64,000 nucleotides of DNA from contig LSRY02000005.1 of assembly GCA_001643675.2 (NCBI GenBank), positions 496,001-560,000 on the forward strand, written 5' to 3'. Source of the stretch: Monocercomonoides exilis PA203 (lineage: Eukaryota; Protista; Preaxostyla). Every line of letters starts with the position of its first letter. The stretch's first letter is position 1. A program made the translations under genes and the position numbers. Positions 50,057 to 62,600 of this stretch are shown piece after piece. Below the pieces are notes generated by a model. It was not told the origin of the DNA. It saw nothing but the letters and a program-made list of their open reading frames with translations, and searched no databases.

Positions 50057-52262
50057 CCAAATGGAGAGCAGACACAGAAGAAGGTCTGGAAGCCAAAATG
50101 TTTGTGTCCTCCGCATGCATCGAAGACGATGATGAAGACTTGGCTGCCTTTGACGATTTCTCATCTTCGCAGTCACTTTTCATCAGGACGTGCTCTGAGT
50201 AGCACTGTTTCCGTCTGATCTCATTCTCCTCCTCAGCTGTTAAAGTGGAGCCTTTGCCCATCAAAAACGACGAGTCTGCAGAATTGTATCCTTTCTCATC
50301 GCCCACAAACAGCCCACGCGTCGGGAACGGCGGCCAGGCTGAGCCAGAAAATGCATTCAACGGACTCACATTGGTTGGAGGATAGGAAGATCTGCCATCA
50401 CTAGCAGAGGGCGGAGGAAAGAGTGCGTTCAGTCTGCGCATCGAAGGCGAAAGAGAAGTCGAAGAAGAAGTAAAAGCAGTGTTCAAAGGAGCGAAGGGTG
50501 TGAAGGAAGATGCTGAAAATCCTAAAGAAGCTGCAGTCGCCTCCAAAGACGATGCTGTCGATGATGATTGCGAATTTGAAGGAGAAGAGAACAAAGGAAG
50601 CGCAAAAGATAGTCCATTTATTTTCATTGAAGGGCGCGGAACAAGAGACGCAACAAGCTTTGGAAGTTCCACTTTTTCAGAGAAAAGAGAATAGCTTGAA
50701 GACGACGCTGAAGGAGCGTAGTTCCATCTGTCGTTCATTCTCCAGGTGAGTGTGTATGCTTCAACGGCAGCCGCAAGCACAGCGCCAGAATAATATCGGA
50801 GCTCAGGGTTGAAATGCGGGATGATCGAAGACCAGCGTTTTTGGCAGTAGTTGGCATCCCAATGACGTGCAGACAAGGGAATGATCTGCGTTGCTGACTC
50901 GGACAATGCTGAAAGTGTGTGGCAGAAAGAATATTGCCTGGAAAACGCCTTCAAAGACTCGACATACGAACTTGTTTGGTGGCTGCTCGCATCAGAAGAA
51001 GCCTCAGAACTGACAGCAGATGAGTTACCCTTTTTGTTTTTTTTAGCTTCTTTATGCTTCTTCCTCTTTTGAGACTTCGTGAGAGGCTGAGAGCCTGATT
51101 GCTTTTTGCTATTCTGTTGCTGTTTCGAAACTTGTTTTTCTGACATTTTTTGCCCATCTCTTTGGACTTCCTTGTGCTCTCCGTCTTCATCCCCTTCATC
51201 ATCAAGATCTTCATCTTCCTCACTTTCAAGCATCTCTCTCTTTTTCCTATCACTTTCCTTCTCCTTTTCCATAAGATTAAATACAATTCGCTCTCCTTTC
51301 GGGTTCTCATCAGCCATCATCTCCAGTACCTCTTCAGCCACCCCTCCCCATTCGCTTTCTCCATCAACAAGGCACACACATCCGCGACATCTGTCGCATT
51401 CCTCCAGATAATACCTCAGCCCATCTTCGCATTCTTCTCGCATTCTTCCTCCATCACTTGCCATCGCTTCCCGTCCCGTCTCATACGGGGTTGTGACATC
51501 TGCCATCGGAACATCAAAAAGTGATGGGGCAAAAAGCACCGTGGAGCGGGGATGAAGATGAGGAAGGAGAAAATCTGTCCAAGTTATTCCTTCCAAAGTC
51601 AGCTCTGGAGGCTTTGAAAACAATTCAATTCCGTCCGAATCTGGCCTTGTACTTGAAGATGAAGTTGAAGGAGAAGATGATGAAAATGAGTCTTCTTCAG
51701 TTTCTCTTTCTTCATAGAATTGTGACTCAAAATCTAATCTAGGAGCTTCATCTTCGTTTTCCAATAATGATTGAAGAAACTTATTTCTTGGATATCTTGG
51801 TTGTTGGATAGTCTGAACAGATCCCCAAGTATCAATTTCTGTTGGTGGAGAAAAATCGGATAGAATGTCATCAGATTGATCATAAAGATATCCTGTTGTA
51901 CGTACAGCGCCCATGCTGCTTTGAAGGTCAAAAACCAACAGACGAGGCGTGTATGTTGCATACTGTTGTTTAAATAATATCAAAAAATAACAGCAAATGC
52001 AAAAAAGAAACTGATAAATACCCCATCAACTTCTCCAGTTCTGTAAATTTGATCCATTAAAATTGGAGAGCATGAATTATCTGAAAAGTAAGATAGAAAA
52101 TCCTCCTAAAAGGAAAAATTGAAGAAATAACATGGCAAACAAAATTTTGAACAACTACATAAAATACAATCAACTATAACATACTTGGAAATTCCAAAAA
52201 TGACTTCCAACAATGTTTGAAAACCCTCCGAATTGGAGAGTTATTATTTCACCTCCAGACAT
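49315..52262 (-). CDS. MSTO1: Misato/DML1 tubulin-like protein. Exons 52262-52185, 52105-52022, 51962-49778, 49523-49315.
   Basis: The spliced N-terminus MSGGEIITLQFGGFSNIVGSHFWNFQ, plus YRTGE...TYTPRLLVFDL, WTDFLLPHLHPRS and EDGLRYYLEECDRCRG, are Misato signatures. A last intron at 49777-49524 removes the poly-T tract and gives the C-terminus ...DTVNYLSNTAEAYLD*. Confidence 0.9.
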
Positions 52263-52443
52263 TTATAATTAAGGTTCATTTCTATTTCAATCTTTTGAAT
52301 TAATTTTATTGATATGTCACAATATGTTATATTCATTTCGTCAAAAAACATCAAAAACCATTTCAAAGATTATTAAGGGACAACTGTTTAAGTTATTTCC
52401 TTTCTTCTTTCCATAGTTATTAGGAATAATTTAAAATTTTTCT

Positions 52444-53650
52444 ATGGAAAAAGTATTTGAAGGAGGTCATCAAATTACCGCTCCTTGCTTTGACGATAAA
52501 GGCATATTTATCAATAAATTTCACTTTAATGAATATTTATCAATTTTTCTTTAGTTTTAATCATATCATCAATGGGCAGTGGAGAAATTTTTCGAATAGA
52601 TCAATCTGATTCAAATGTTACAGTATAGATTATTTTAAATTTAATCATTTCTTATCAAATAAATTTTTTTGAAGCCAACAAGACTTAGTGGTTCTCCAAG
52701 GTTTGAAGCATTAAACAATTTTTACACATTTTCAAATATTTTGAATTAATAGTTCTATTCAGTTCAATTCAGAAGGACTGATGCACGTTGCTGACATGTC
52801 AGCTAAGTCAATTTGTTTGACAAAAATACTATTCAAAAACTTGTTACACCACTATTTTTTATGATTTAGTGTCATTTGACGGAAGCGAATTGAGTACGAT
52901 TGTAAGTGAATTTGAAGGAAAGCAATTCAAGGTTTATAATAATAATAATTATTATTTTGGATGAATTTTCTTTTCAAATGATTTTTAGGGACCAAATTCA
53001 TTAATTTTTGCTTCAGATGGAACGATGTATTTTACAGATTCTGGACCACTTGGTGAAACGACTTTGTTTTCTCCTGGAGGCTCTTTGTTTTCTGTTGACA
53101 ACGAAGGTTAATTATTTGAACTTTTTCTTCTCTTTCACATCACTCGAAATTTTATTTATTTTTTATTTTCAAAAGGCAAACACCTTCAACCAATTATCTT
53201 GAATAGCCTTGCTCATCCAAGTGGTATTGCTTTGTCAGCAGATGACAGCACACTTTTTGTTTGCGAAACACTTCAGAATAGACTCTTGAGAGGTGTTCAG
53301 TCTCCTCCAGGAGTGTGGCATTTTTCTGTGTTTCATCAGTTTTCTGGTTCACTTGGGCCATCATGCGTCGCATTACATCCCGAGACGCAGATGATTTATG
53401 TTGGAATGTTTGATATTGCTGGGCCTCATAGCTCAAAGAATAGTGGAAGTATTATGGTTCTATCAAGCGAAGGTGAGTATGTTGAAACACTTCTTGTTCC
53501 TGGAGTGCAGATCACAGGACTAACATTTTCAAGGTATATACAATTTTAAATTATAATTCTACTAAGAAGCTATTAATATTTTTTTGTAGTGATGCTCGAT
53601 TATTTGTGACGGAATCATCAACAAATACTGTATATTGCACACAGTGTTGA
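52444..53650 (+). CDS. SMP-30/gluconolactonase/strictosidine-synthase-like six-bladed beta-propeller, 8 exons. Introns 52502-52554, 52623-52674, 52701-52752, 52815-52869, 52932-52988, 53107-53175, 53534-53589.
   Basis: The spliced product has GSPSSIQFNSEGLMHVAD, EFEGKQFKGPNSLIFASDGTMYFTDSG, LAHPSGIALSADDSTLFVCET and ITGLTFSSDARLFVTES. Confidence 0.85.
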
Positions 53651-53798
53651 TTGTTGTTTATTTTATTGATTTTTTCTTCGAATCACTTTTTTCACCTTTC
53701 ATGATGCGCAAAGTGATTTTCGAAGACAAACAATTATTTTATGTTATAAAAGATTGGTTAAGATCATTCAATATTTTTTGATTTTTTCATTAAAGATA

Positions 53799-56700
53799 AT
53801 GACATTACCTCAAAAAGTGGGATATATGAAATATGTAATCTTAAGAGAGCACAATAATCCAAAAGTCGTTGCGAAAAGTTTTGTCAGATGAATTGACAAT
53901 TTTAATTTTAAAATTTCTTTTCTCATTGTTTAATTCGCAAAAACAAATATATAATTTCCAAATGCGCTATTTTTTTAACGTTAGGGAAATCACATAATCA
54001 GTCATTATTCCCGGAATACGTTAGGGTTTGCGAAAGAACATTCTTTTTTATTATTTTAAACTTTGAGAACATTTGGACACATATTTCAGTATTGCATTCA
54101 AGAATCTCATATCTCGATAAAAGATGGTGATCTTGAGAAATGCGCTCAAGCTATGCTTCAAAAAATGATGGAAGATGCAATTACTGACGCGCAAAGCAAT
54201 TCAAAAGATACCCGAATACACGGACAGCAAGAACTCATTTTCGTGCTTCAAACCAGTGTCGAAGCGTGCAACTATTTTGTAAGAACTTCATATTTTCGAA
54301 AAATGTCTTCTTTTATTCGAAACTATCCTCGGAATGAAGGAATTTTGGATAGTAAGTTTTTCTCAACGATTGATCTGAGTCATATGCCTGTAAAAGGATT
54401 GCGAGAAATAATGACTCCTTTTTCTGAGCGCTATCTAGCATTAGAATGCATTTCGTACTGCTTGGCTCATGGATGCTTTGGTGGATTTATGATCCAAGTT
54501 ATTGGCGAACTTAGAATATATTATACAGAAGTGAAAGTTACAAAAAGTGTTGAGCTACCAAATTCAAATGTGCTAGGCAATGATGAGGAGGAAGATATTA
54601 CCGTTAGTTCGTTCAATGAAATAGTTCGGCTGAAAATCGTCAACATACTGACACTTTTCTACAGGCAGGGCTCGAAGAAATTTTTAAAAAACGACAAATT
54701 TATTATTGATGAAGATGAAATCGACTTTGAGATCATGGACAAAAAGGGAGATGAATTGGCAGATGGATTCAATGACGAAAACGAAGATGAAGGCAAAATT
54801 GAGCTTCATAACAATTCATCTAAAGAAGAAAAAGCAAAAGAAATAGAAAAGAAAGAAACAACTCAAGACATTAAGAAACGTGAAGAATCTAAAGAAACAA
54901 AATCTCAAATGACAAAAAAGCAACAAGGCGACAAGCAACGGCCAGCGGACGAAGATGATGAAAAAAGCATTGCTTTGAAAGCAATTCATGAAATGTTGAT
55001 TATCGAAGAGTTGCTGGCGAAATATGAATTTGAAGTTGAAGACCAGTGGAACGAGAAAAAACAACAAATGACGAATATCAAAGCTGAAAAGGAGAAAAAA
55101 GTGCAGTTTCAGGAGGGAGCTGAGTCAGAGACAAAACAAGGGCAAAAGGAAAACCAGAAGGATGCGGATGGGAGAATTTTCCAGAACACATTCGATCAGA
55201 AATCAACTTCCTTGAAGAATACAACAGAATCCAGGCAATCAGAGAAGAATGCTGATAAACAGGAAGCGAAGTCCAAAGAAGAACAAAGAAGTTCCATCGC
55301 ACAAATGAGAGAGGCATTGCTTCAACAGCAAGCCGAAGAAGAAGAGAAAACGCTGAAGGATTTCATGAACTCGCAGAGAATGGAGTCATATCCTTCTTCA
55401 CAAAGCGCCAGCTCCAGCTCGCCTTTAAAAGGGCCGTACCAGAAACGAATGGGAATAAAAGCTATGAAGAGGAAAACAGTCAAAATGGTGGCAGAATCAG
55501 ACAAGAAAAAGATAAATGCGGAGAAAGAGAAAGATGGCAGTGAGAGTAAAGAAAAAGGAGAAAATTCAAAAAAGAAGAAAGAAATTGCAGATAAAATAAG
55601 GAAAGATGAGGAAGCTGATAAGAGGATTAAGGAGATCATACAAAGATTTGAAAGGGAAGAAGAAAGGAAGCAGAAAGCAGAGGAAGAAAAGAAAAGAAAA
55701 GAAGTTGAGGAAAGAAAAAAGAAAGAAGAAAAAGAAAGAGAAAAGAAACAGCAGCAGCAGCAGCAACAACAAAGGAAAGAGGATAAAGAAGAGGATAGAA
55801 AAAAGATGGAAAAAGAAGAGGAAATAAAAAAGATAGAAGAGGAAGAGGAAAAGAAAAAAGAAGAACAAAACAGAAAAAAAGCAATCGAAGAAGAGGAAAA
55901 GAAGAAAGATAAAGAAGAAAGAGAAGAAAAAGAAAAAGATAAGGAAGAAAGAAAAGAAAAAGAAAAAGAAAAAGAAAAAGAAAAAGAAAAAGAAAAAGAA
56001 AAAGAAAAAGAAAAAGAAAAAGAAGAAAAGAAAGACAAAGAAGAAAGAAAAAGAGAAGGAGGAGAAGAAGAAAAATTAGAAGCTAATAAAGAAGAAGAAG
56101 AAGAAGAAGAGGCAGCAGCGGATGTTGAAGAAGAAGTTGAAGAGGTTGAAGAAGAAGATACAAACAATAACGAACAGAAAGCCCAATGCCAATATGATTG
56201 GGAAGATTCATTTATACCAATGTTTATGATTGAGGAGTTCTATAGAAAAGAGGAAAAGTTTGCATATGAAGAGAAAGACGAAGAGGAAAACGAAGAGGAG
56301 GAAGAAGAAGAGGAGGAAGAAGAAAAAGAAAAAGAAAAGACAAAGGAAAAAGCAAGTGAAACAGAGAATGGTAAAGAAGAAAAGAAAGAAACAAAGGAAG
56401 AAGAAAAGAAGGAAGAAGAGAACAAAGAAGAGGAGAAAGAAGAAGCAAAACCTCAAATTTTCCAGCGAGGAAGAGAGAAGGATGACATTGAAATAGCTTT
56501 TCCCTTGCCTGAAATAGCGAGGTCCAATGGTGCGAAAAACGGAGCTCGTCCAAAGAAACGTCCTTGCCACAGAAAATTGACATTCAGAAACTTGAAAAAA
56601 ATGGCAGAAAAGGACACGTCTGCAAAGATGCTCTGCCAGAAACTTGTTGCAAATGCAGTTATGAACCATCCGCTGTACACAAAAGCAGACGAGTTTGCTG

Positions 56701-57161
56701 AAAAAATCGCAGGTTCGTCAGCTGGCAGGGATAATGGACACAGAATGATGGATGTTGGCGCATCAATTTTTGGTGTGTCATCAACATTGCCCACAAAAGC
56801 GAGAACGTCCACAGCAACAACATTTCAACCATCTTCTTTGTCAAATTATGAATATTCCTCTCCTTTTATTCAATCTTCTCCATCATTGGACAAACCTCTG
56901 CGCTTCTCCAACTGCCAGAAACCTTCTCTCCATCAGCTGCAAGAAGCTGTGCACCAACGGAACATTTACATTCAGCAGCAACAGCAGGAGATCAGCCGCT
57001 TGCGAAATGAATACGTTCTGCTGTGCAAAAGTGTTGAAGATACAGAGAAGAACATTGAGGCACATCAGCAGACTATCTCATGGAGAGACAGATGCTATGC
57101 GGATTCTGAGGTTGACAGACTTCAGCTTTTTTCAGATATGACAAAGGAGATGCCTGGCTGA
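53799..57161 (+). CDS. Hypothetical protein with a globular N-terminus, long K/E low-complexity centre and C-terminal coiled coil; 5' exons tentative
   Basis: 1,032-aa ORF at 54063-57161, closed upstream by TAA at 54057. Plausible short upstream exons are from ATG 53799 and at 53985-54025, spliced to 54068. Confidence 0.65.
55956..56021 (+). repeat. (GAAAAA)11 microsatellite encoding an (EK)n tract
   Basis: Perfect hexamer run read directly from the sequence. Confidence 0.9.
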
Positions 57162-57949
57162 GAGCTATGAATACGGAATTATTATTATTATTATTATTAT
57201 TTTCAATCGGATCAAAATGGAAAATGCCCATAAAACAATTGATAAAAACCGGTTTTCAACAATCGTTAAATATTACAAATAAGCTTCAATATGAATATTG
57301 CCGCATGCTAATGAAGGGGAAAACAAAATTTCTTCATAAATTATTTACTAATTTAATTTCGTAGTTTTTAACGTGCCTTCTGAGAAGGAGTTAGGTTATA
57401 TATATATTTTTTAAATTTGCTCTTGTACTCAAAACTTTATTTTAGGGTTTGCTTTTTTCTTCAAATGATGGTTAATGATGCATCAAATCATCTTTGCATC
57501 ATTGAAATTTTGAGCAATGAAAAAATATTAAATCAGCAACTCATCCGAATAAAGCTTTGTATAAAAAGAATGCAGATTTTTAAAGGTGACATAATTTAAC
57601 TACAAGCTGATTTTTATAAACATTTGATTTAACTCAAAAAATAAAATAAAATAAAAATGAATCAAAAATAAAAAAGTAAAGGAAGGGACACCTGATAAAT
57701 AAACTTATGACAAGACTAAAAAGATATTAATGCAAAGATACAATTATCGCATTTGCCTCGCTTTCACATGCAATTGTTTCCATATCAGTCCATTTTCACC
57801 AAATGTTTTCTATGACAGCATTGTTTTGAATGTTCATTTCCACAAAATATCATTTCCTTTCTTCCTCTCTCTCTTTCTTTTCTTTTCTTTTCTTTATTTT
57901 CTTTTCCTTTTATGTCTATCTTTTCTTTTTATTTTGCACACACTTTGGA

Positions 57950-59400
57950 AAAGTCAAAATATGCTATTCGGTGATAGACAATTATATCAAGTTTCTATGA
58001 ATTTTTATTAAGGTTTTGATTGATTGCATGTTTCACCATTTTACCCTAACTTGCCTTCTCATGTCACTCAGCATCTTCACAATCTCTTTTCCTTTCACTG
58101 ACTCAGAACTCCTTCTGCTTTCATTATATGTGCTAATTGGCGCATTGATATTCTTCCAAGTGTGATGGTTATCAACTGCACAGAAAGAACAACAAGAACA
58201 AGATAAGATATAATGCACGCTTTTGTCTTTGAGTGCAATGATTGATGTAGTGCTGATGAAAAACTTAGACAATGAAGTATGCGTGCAGGAAAATGATGAA
58301 AAAGTAGTTTGCAACGATGAAGATGATGAATGAAATATTGCAAATTTGATTTGTTTTTTTTTTTCTTCCTGAACTCATTCTCTGTATTTCAGTCTCAAGA
58401 AGAATGACTTGAATTCTTGGAAATAAACCAGATCAATAGACCGTTTTGTGCTTTTCCTGCACTTCAGATGAAAATGATGAACATTGCGAAAGGAAGAAGT
58501 TGATGTTTGAGATGTGTTGATGAAGTAGAAATCCTTTTATTTTCAATCATGCCTTTGCTGCCTTTGAGGATATGTTTATAAATGAACGTAAATCCATTTC
58601 CTCTTCCAAAACGATGATGATGAATGCCGAACCAAAAACATTCGAAAGAATTGTTTCAAATGCATCTTCTTCCATTCATTGCATCTATAATTATCATTGC
58701 AATTTGTTCTTTTCCTCTTCAAAATTATTTCAATTAAAAAACAGCCTTCAACCTGCTTCTGCCTCCTCATTTACCATTTTAATCTCTTTCCCCAAAAGAA
58801 ATTCTCCCAGCAAACTGAAATTATCAGGCATTTCTCGAATAACTTCTATTGCTCTATCATATTAAATAATAAAAATAAAAAAAAGTATTTTCATGAAAAG
58901 ACTCGAATAAAACAGAGATTATTGCATACCAATCGCTCATTGCATCCATTCCTGCAACCCCTTTGCCTCAGCAAAAAATATCCATTTTCACTCATTTCTC
59001 CATTCGGTCTTTTTCCCTTGAACTGAAATTTTCTCTCTTTCTGCAAAAGACATATAAAATACCCAATTCAAATGCTCATATAACCTTGTGCCGCACATCC
59101 CATCCCTTTTGCGAAAAGTGTCCATTTCTGCCAATCGAAGCAAAAACAATCATTTCTTTCAAAACATCGAAAATCTCTTCAAATAAAAATAGCACAAAAA
59201 TTCCACCAAAAGACATACATTTATATGTGGTGCAGAACTCCAAAACTTTCAGCACTCACACCTCTTCCATTCTTCTGTGAAATCAATCTTCACATCATTC
59301 ATTTCTTTTCCAGATGCCTTTTCTAATGAAAATACAGCCATCAAAATTATATGCTCTAAATCATATGTTATTCCATCTCAGAGGTAGATACCGCTGGATG
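57950..59400 (-). pseudogene. Possible decayed gene relic(s)
   Basis: Less AT-rich than ordinary spacer. A minus frame reads YDRAIEVIREMPDNFSLLGEFLLGKEIKMVNEEAEAG*...MEEDAFETILSNVFGSAFIIIVLEEEMDLRSF with several stops. No family recognised. Confidence 0.25.
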
Positions 59401-59611
59401 GAGAGTGATTGCTGAAAAATCAGAACATCAATAAAAATGGATGAATCATTCACTATTATTCTTTGGATCAAAAATGGATCATGAAGAAAACAAAGAAAAT
59501 TATCCAATGTTATGTGATAATATGATTCGCAGAATCAGAAAAACGAGAAAATGTTTGAAGAGCCCATATTAGTCTGCAATAGAAAAAAGAAAAGAAAGCA
59601 GTCAAAGAGGC

Positions 59612-62600
59612 ATGGTTGTGGTACTATCAGGAATATTTTATTGTGCATGGATAATTAGTGCGGGATGTGTATGTAACAATTTCAGAAGTGATAGAGCAGA
59701 TCTTGCCGAGAAATCAGCGAAAGAGAGAGAATTGGATTATTCTGAAGGCACATGGCCAGAGAAGGCTCAAAACAACAAAATTGGAGATGGCAATTTATAT
59801 GACACATATGTTGAAGGAAAAGAAGGTGGAGCGAGAGAGACAGAAATTCAAGAGAGAATAATGAAGAAATACACAAAACAATGGAATGAAGGAAGTGGAG
59901 AGATCAGGAAAGTTCAAAAATGGAGTTTTTGTGATGAATGGAAAATGAGGGGAAAGGAGAGAATGTGTGATGGGAGTGGGGTTGAGGGAAGTGTTGTTGT
60001 GGTCAATTCATCAATGAAACTGAATTTGTTGGGATTGATGGAAAGAGGCGGGAAGAGTGTGCTCAGGGCATCGGATGGATGTTTTGTTGAGGTGAGTGGA
60101 TGTGTTGTTGGAGTTGAGAGAGAGACATCTCCCTTTGATTTTTGTGGGAGCTGTGGATTATTCACTAACATTTCTCTCAGATCATTTTCAACTGGGTTTT
60201 TGCAGTCATTTCCTTCTCTATTTTCATCAAAAGCATTAGAAGGAGAGATTTCAGAGAAATGCCACATTTCTGTTTGTTCTTCTCATTTCTCTTCATTTTG
60301 TGTGTCTTCAGCTCCATTCATCTCATCGCATTTTGTGTGTCTTTCCCAATTGGAATTCTTCAACATCTCCACAAATCCATCGAAAACAAGACAACTGGGT
60401 GAAGGGCTGAGCCAAACATCATTTCTGATGAGTGGGTGTGAATTTTCATCGGTGTGGGATGTGTATGATGGTGGCATTGTCCCCTCGCTGAACAGCCCCT
60501 CATCGTCATTGGCTGCCTCGAACACCTCGTTTGTCAGGTGCTATCGCAGTCAGAATGTTGAAGTCAATGGGAGTGAAGGGAATCCATCGAAACCAGTAAG
60601 ACAGCAGATTACAGACAATGGGGAAAATTCATTCACTTGGTGTGTGTGGAATGGCTCAAATACTACGGGAACAAGTTTTACAGTTTCAGATGGAGTTTCG
60701 AGTGGAGGGGCCATTAATATGTATAGTCTGTCATCTGGGACACTTTCAGTGAAACTTTGTTTGTTCAATGACTGCTATGCAAGCTATGCTGGGGGAGGAA
60801 TAATGTGCTGTGAAATCAGCTCAATCAAAATTGAGAACAACTCATTCAATTCTTGCACGACAAAATATAATGATGGAGGAGGAATATATGTTGGCTCCAT
60901 TACTTCGTGTGTCAGGATAAGTGGTTGCGAATTCCAAAAATGCAAGGCAAGCAGTAGAGGAGGAGGTCTTTGTCTGAACAATTTTAATGTTTCTGGATCT
61001 TCCTGTATTGAAACAGAAAATGGGAAAGGGGAGAGCGCTAGTGTGTTTGAGTGCTCATTCACTTCATGCTCACTTACAAATTCTTTTGGAGGAGGGATGT
61101 TTTTTGCTAATGTTCCAGCTGCATTCAAAATGAGGAGCCTCCAATTTCTTTCCTGTTCTGCAGTATCGTGGGGTGGAGGATTGGATCTTGAACCATACCA
61201 ATCAACAACACCAAGCAACAACCTTTATTGCTATTTCCTCTTCTTCCACGATTGCAGATGCACTGATTCCACTCCATTTGGCCATGATGTATGTTTAAAG
61301 GATTATTACAATCTCTTTTCATCGAACAATCCGTTCCAAGAATCGTACACAACGAATAATGATGAAAGAAGATTATGCTATGCTTATTATTTGAACGATT
61401 GGTATTATCAACGTACAGAAAAGAAGAATTGGTTGAAGGAAGGAAAATTATTGTTTGTTGGAGGGAATGGAAATGACTTGAATGAATTATGTGGAATGAA
61501 TGAGACAATGCCTTGTAAAACTATTGGATATTGTGTAAATAAATGCAATAACTTAATTAGTTTAGGAATTTCAGTGCTTGTTGGAAGGCATGTGAGCGAA
61601 GGGGAGACGATCAGTGTTGGGGAAAAGAAGATTTCTGTTGTTGGGAGAGGGAAGACAGTGAGTGTGATTGGGACGAGTGCGCTTTCGACCTCTTCGACAA
61701 TGCTGTTCAGCATATCTTCTGGCCAACTGGAGGTGGGGCATGTGGGGATCGATCACAACGCGACAAGAAGCCCATCGCCGAGTGTGTTTGTGGTGTCACT
61801 GGGAAGCGGGACTCTTTCGCTGGAGGATGTGGTGATCGACTCTTCGACATCAGGTGGGAGTGGAATGACGAAGTGTGTGTTTGAAGTGGCACTGAAGCAG
61901 TTGAAGACGATTGATGTGGAGATCAAAAATATGAAAATGAATCAACCACTATTTGCTGAACCATTGTCAGCAGAATCGTCATCTGGAGAAAGTGTGCTTT
62001 GTAATTTAACAATTCGGAATGTGAATCGAACAGGAGGAGATGGGGTTGCGATGTCAAAGAGCGTAAAGGCAGGAGAGATATTTGTGGTGTGGAACACAAC
62101 AATGGAAGGTTGCAAGTGCATGGGTGGAAGTGGCGGGGGAATAATGATCGACTTATCAGCTGGAGCCAAGATGCGCATAGGATCATGGTCCACATTTTTC
62201 GGAGGAACAGTGAAATATAACGGATGCAAGAGCAGTGGATATGGAGGAGGGGTGATGCTGTATCTGGCAGATAACTCATTTGATTTTTCAATAACATCAG
62301 TGAGGTTTGTTGATTGTGCTGCAACATTGGGAGGAAAGAATTTGTTTGTGGAAGCACAGGATTTATCAGCTGTTATCAACAGAACATCAATTGGATTCGA
62401 GCCAGTTATTGAGGTCAATGAAGCAGACTTGAATGAACTTTGTGGAAGAGAAAGAAACCAGGGAGATATGATTGTTCCACTTGTTGTGCTTCTTCGGACA
62501 TTTTCATCGCCAGCATATGTGAGTGGGAGAGAACAAGGAAGTGAATTCAGATTGTGTGGATATGAAGATTACCCATGCAAAACAATTGGAGAAGCAAGTG

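Noticed and set aside
53978-54026. ACGTTAGGG twice, telomere-like
   Set aside because: Only two isolated hexamers 40 bp apart, both at predicted splice junctions.
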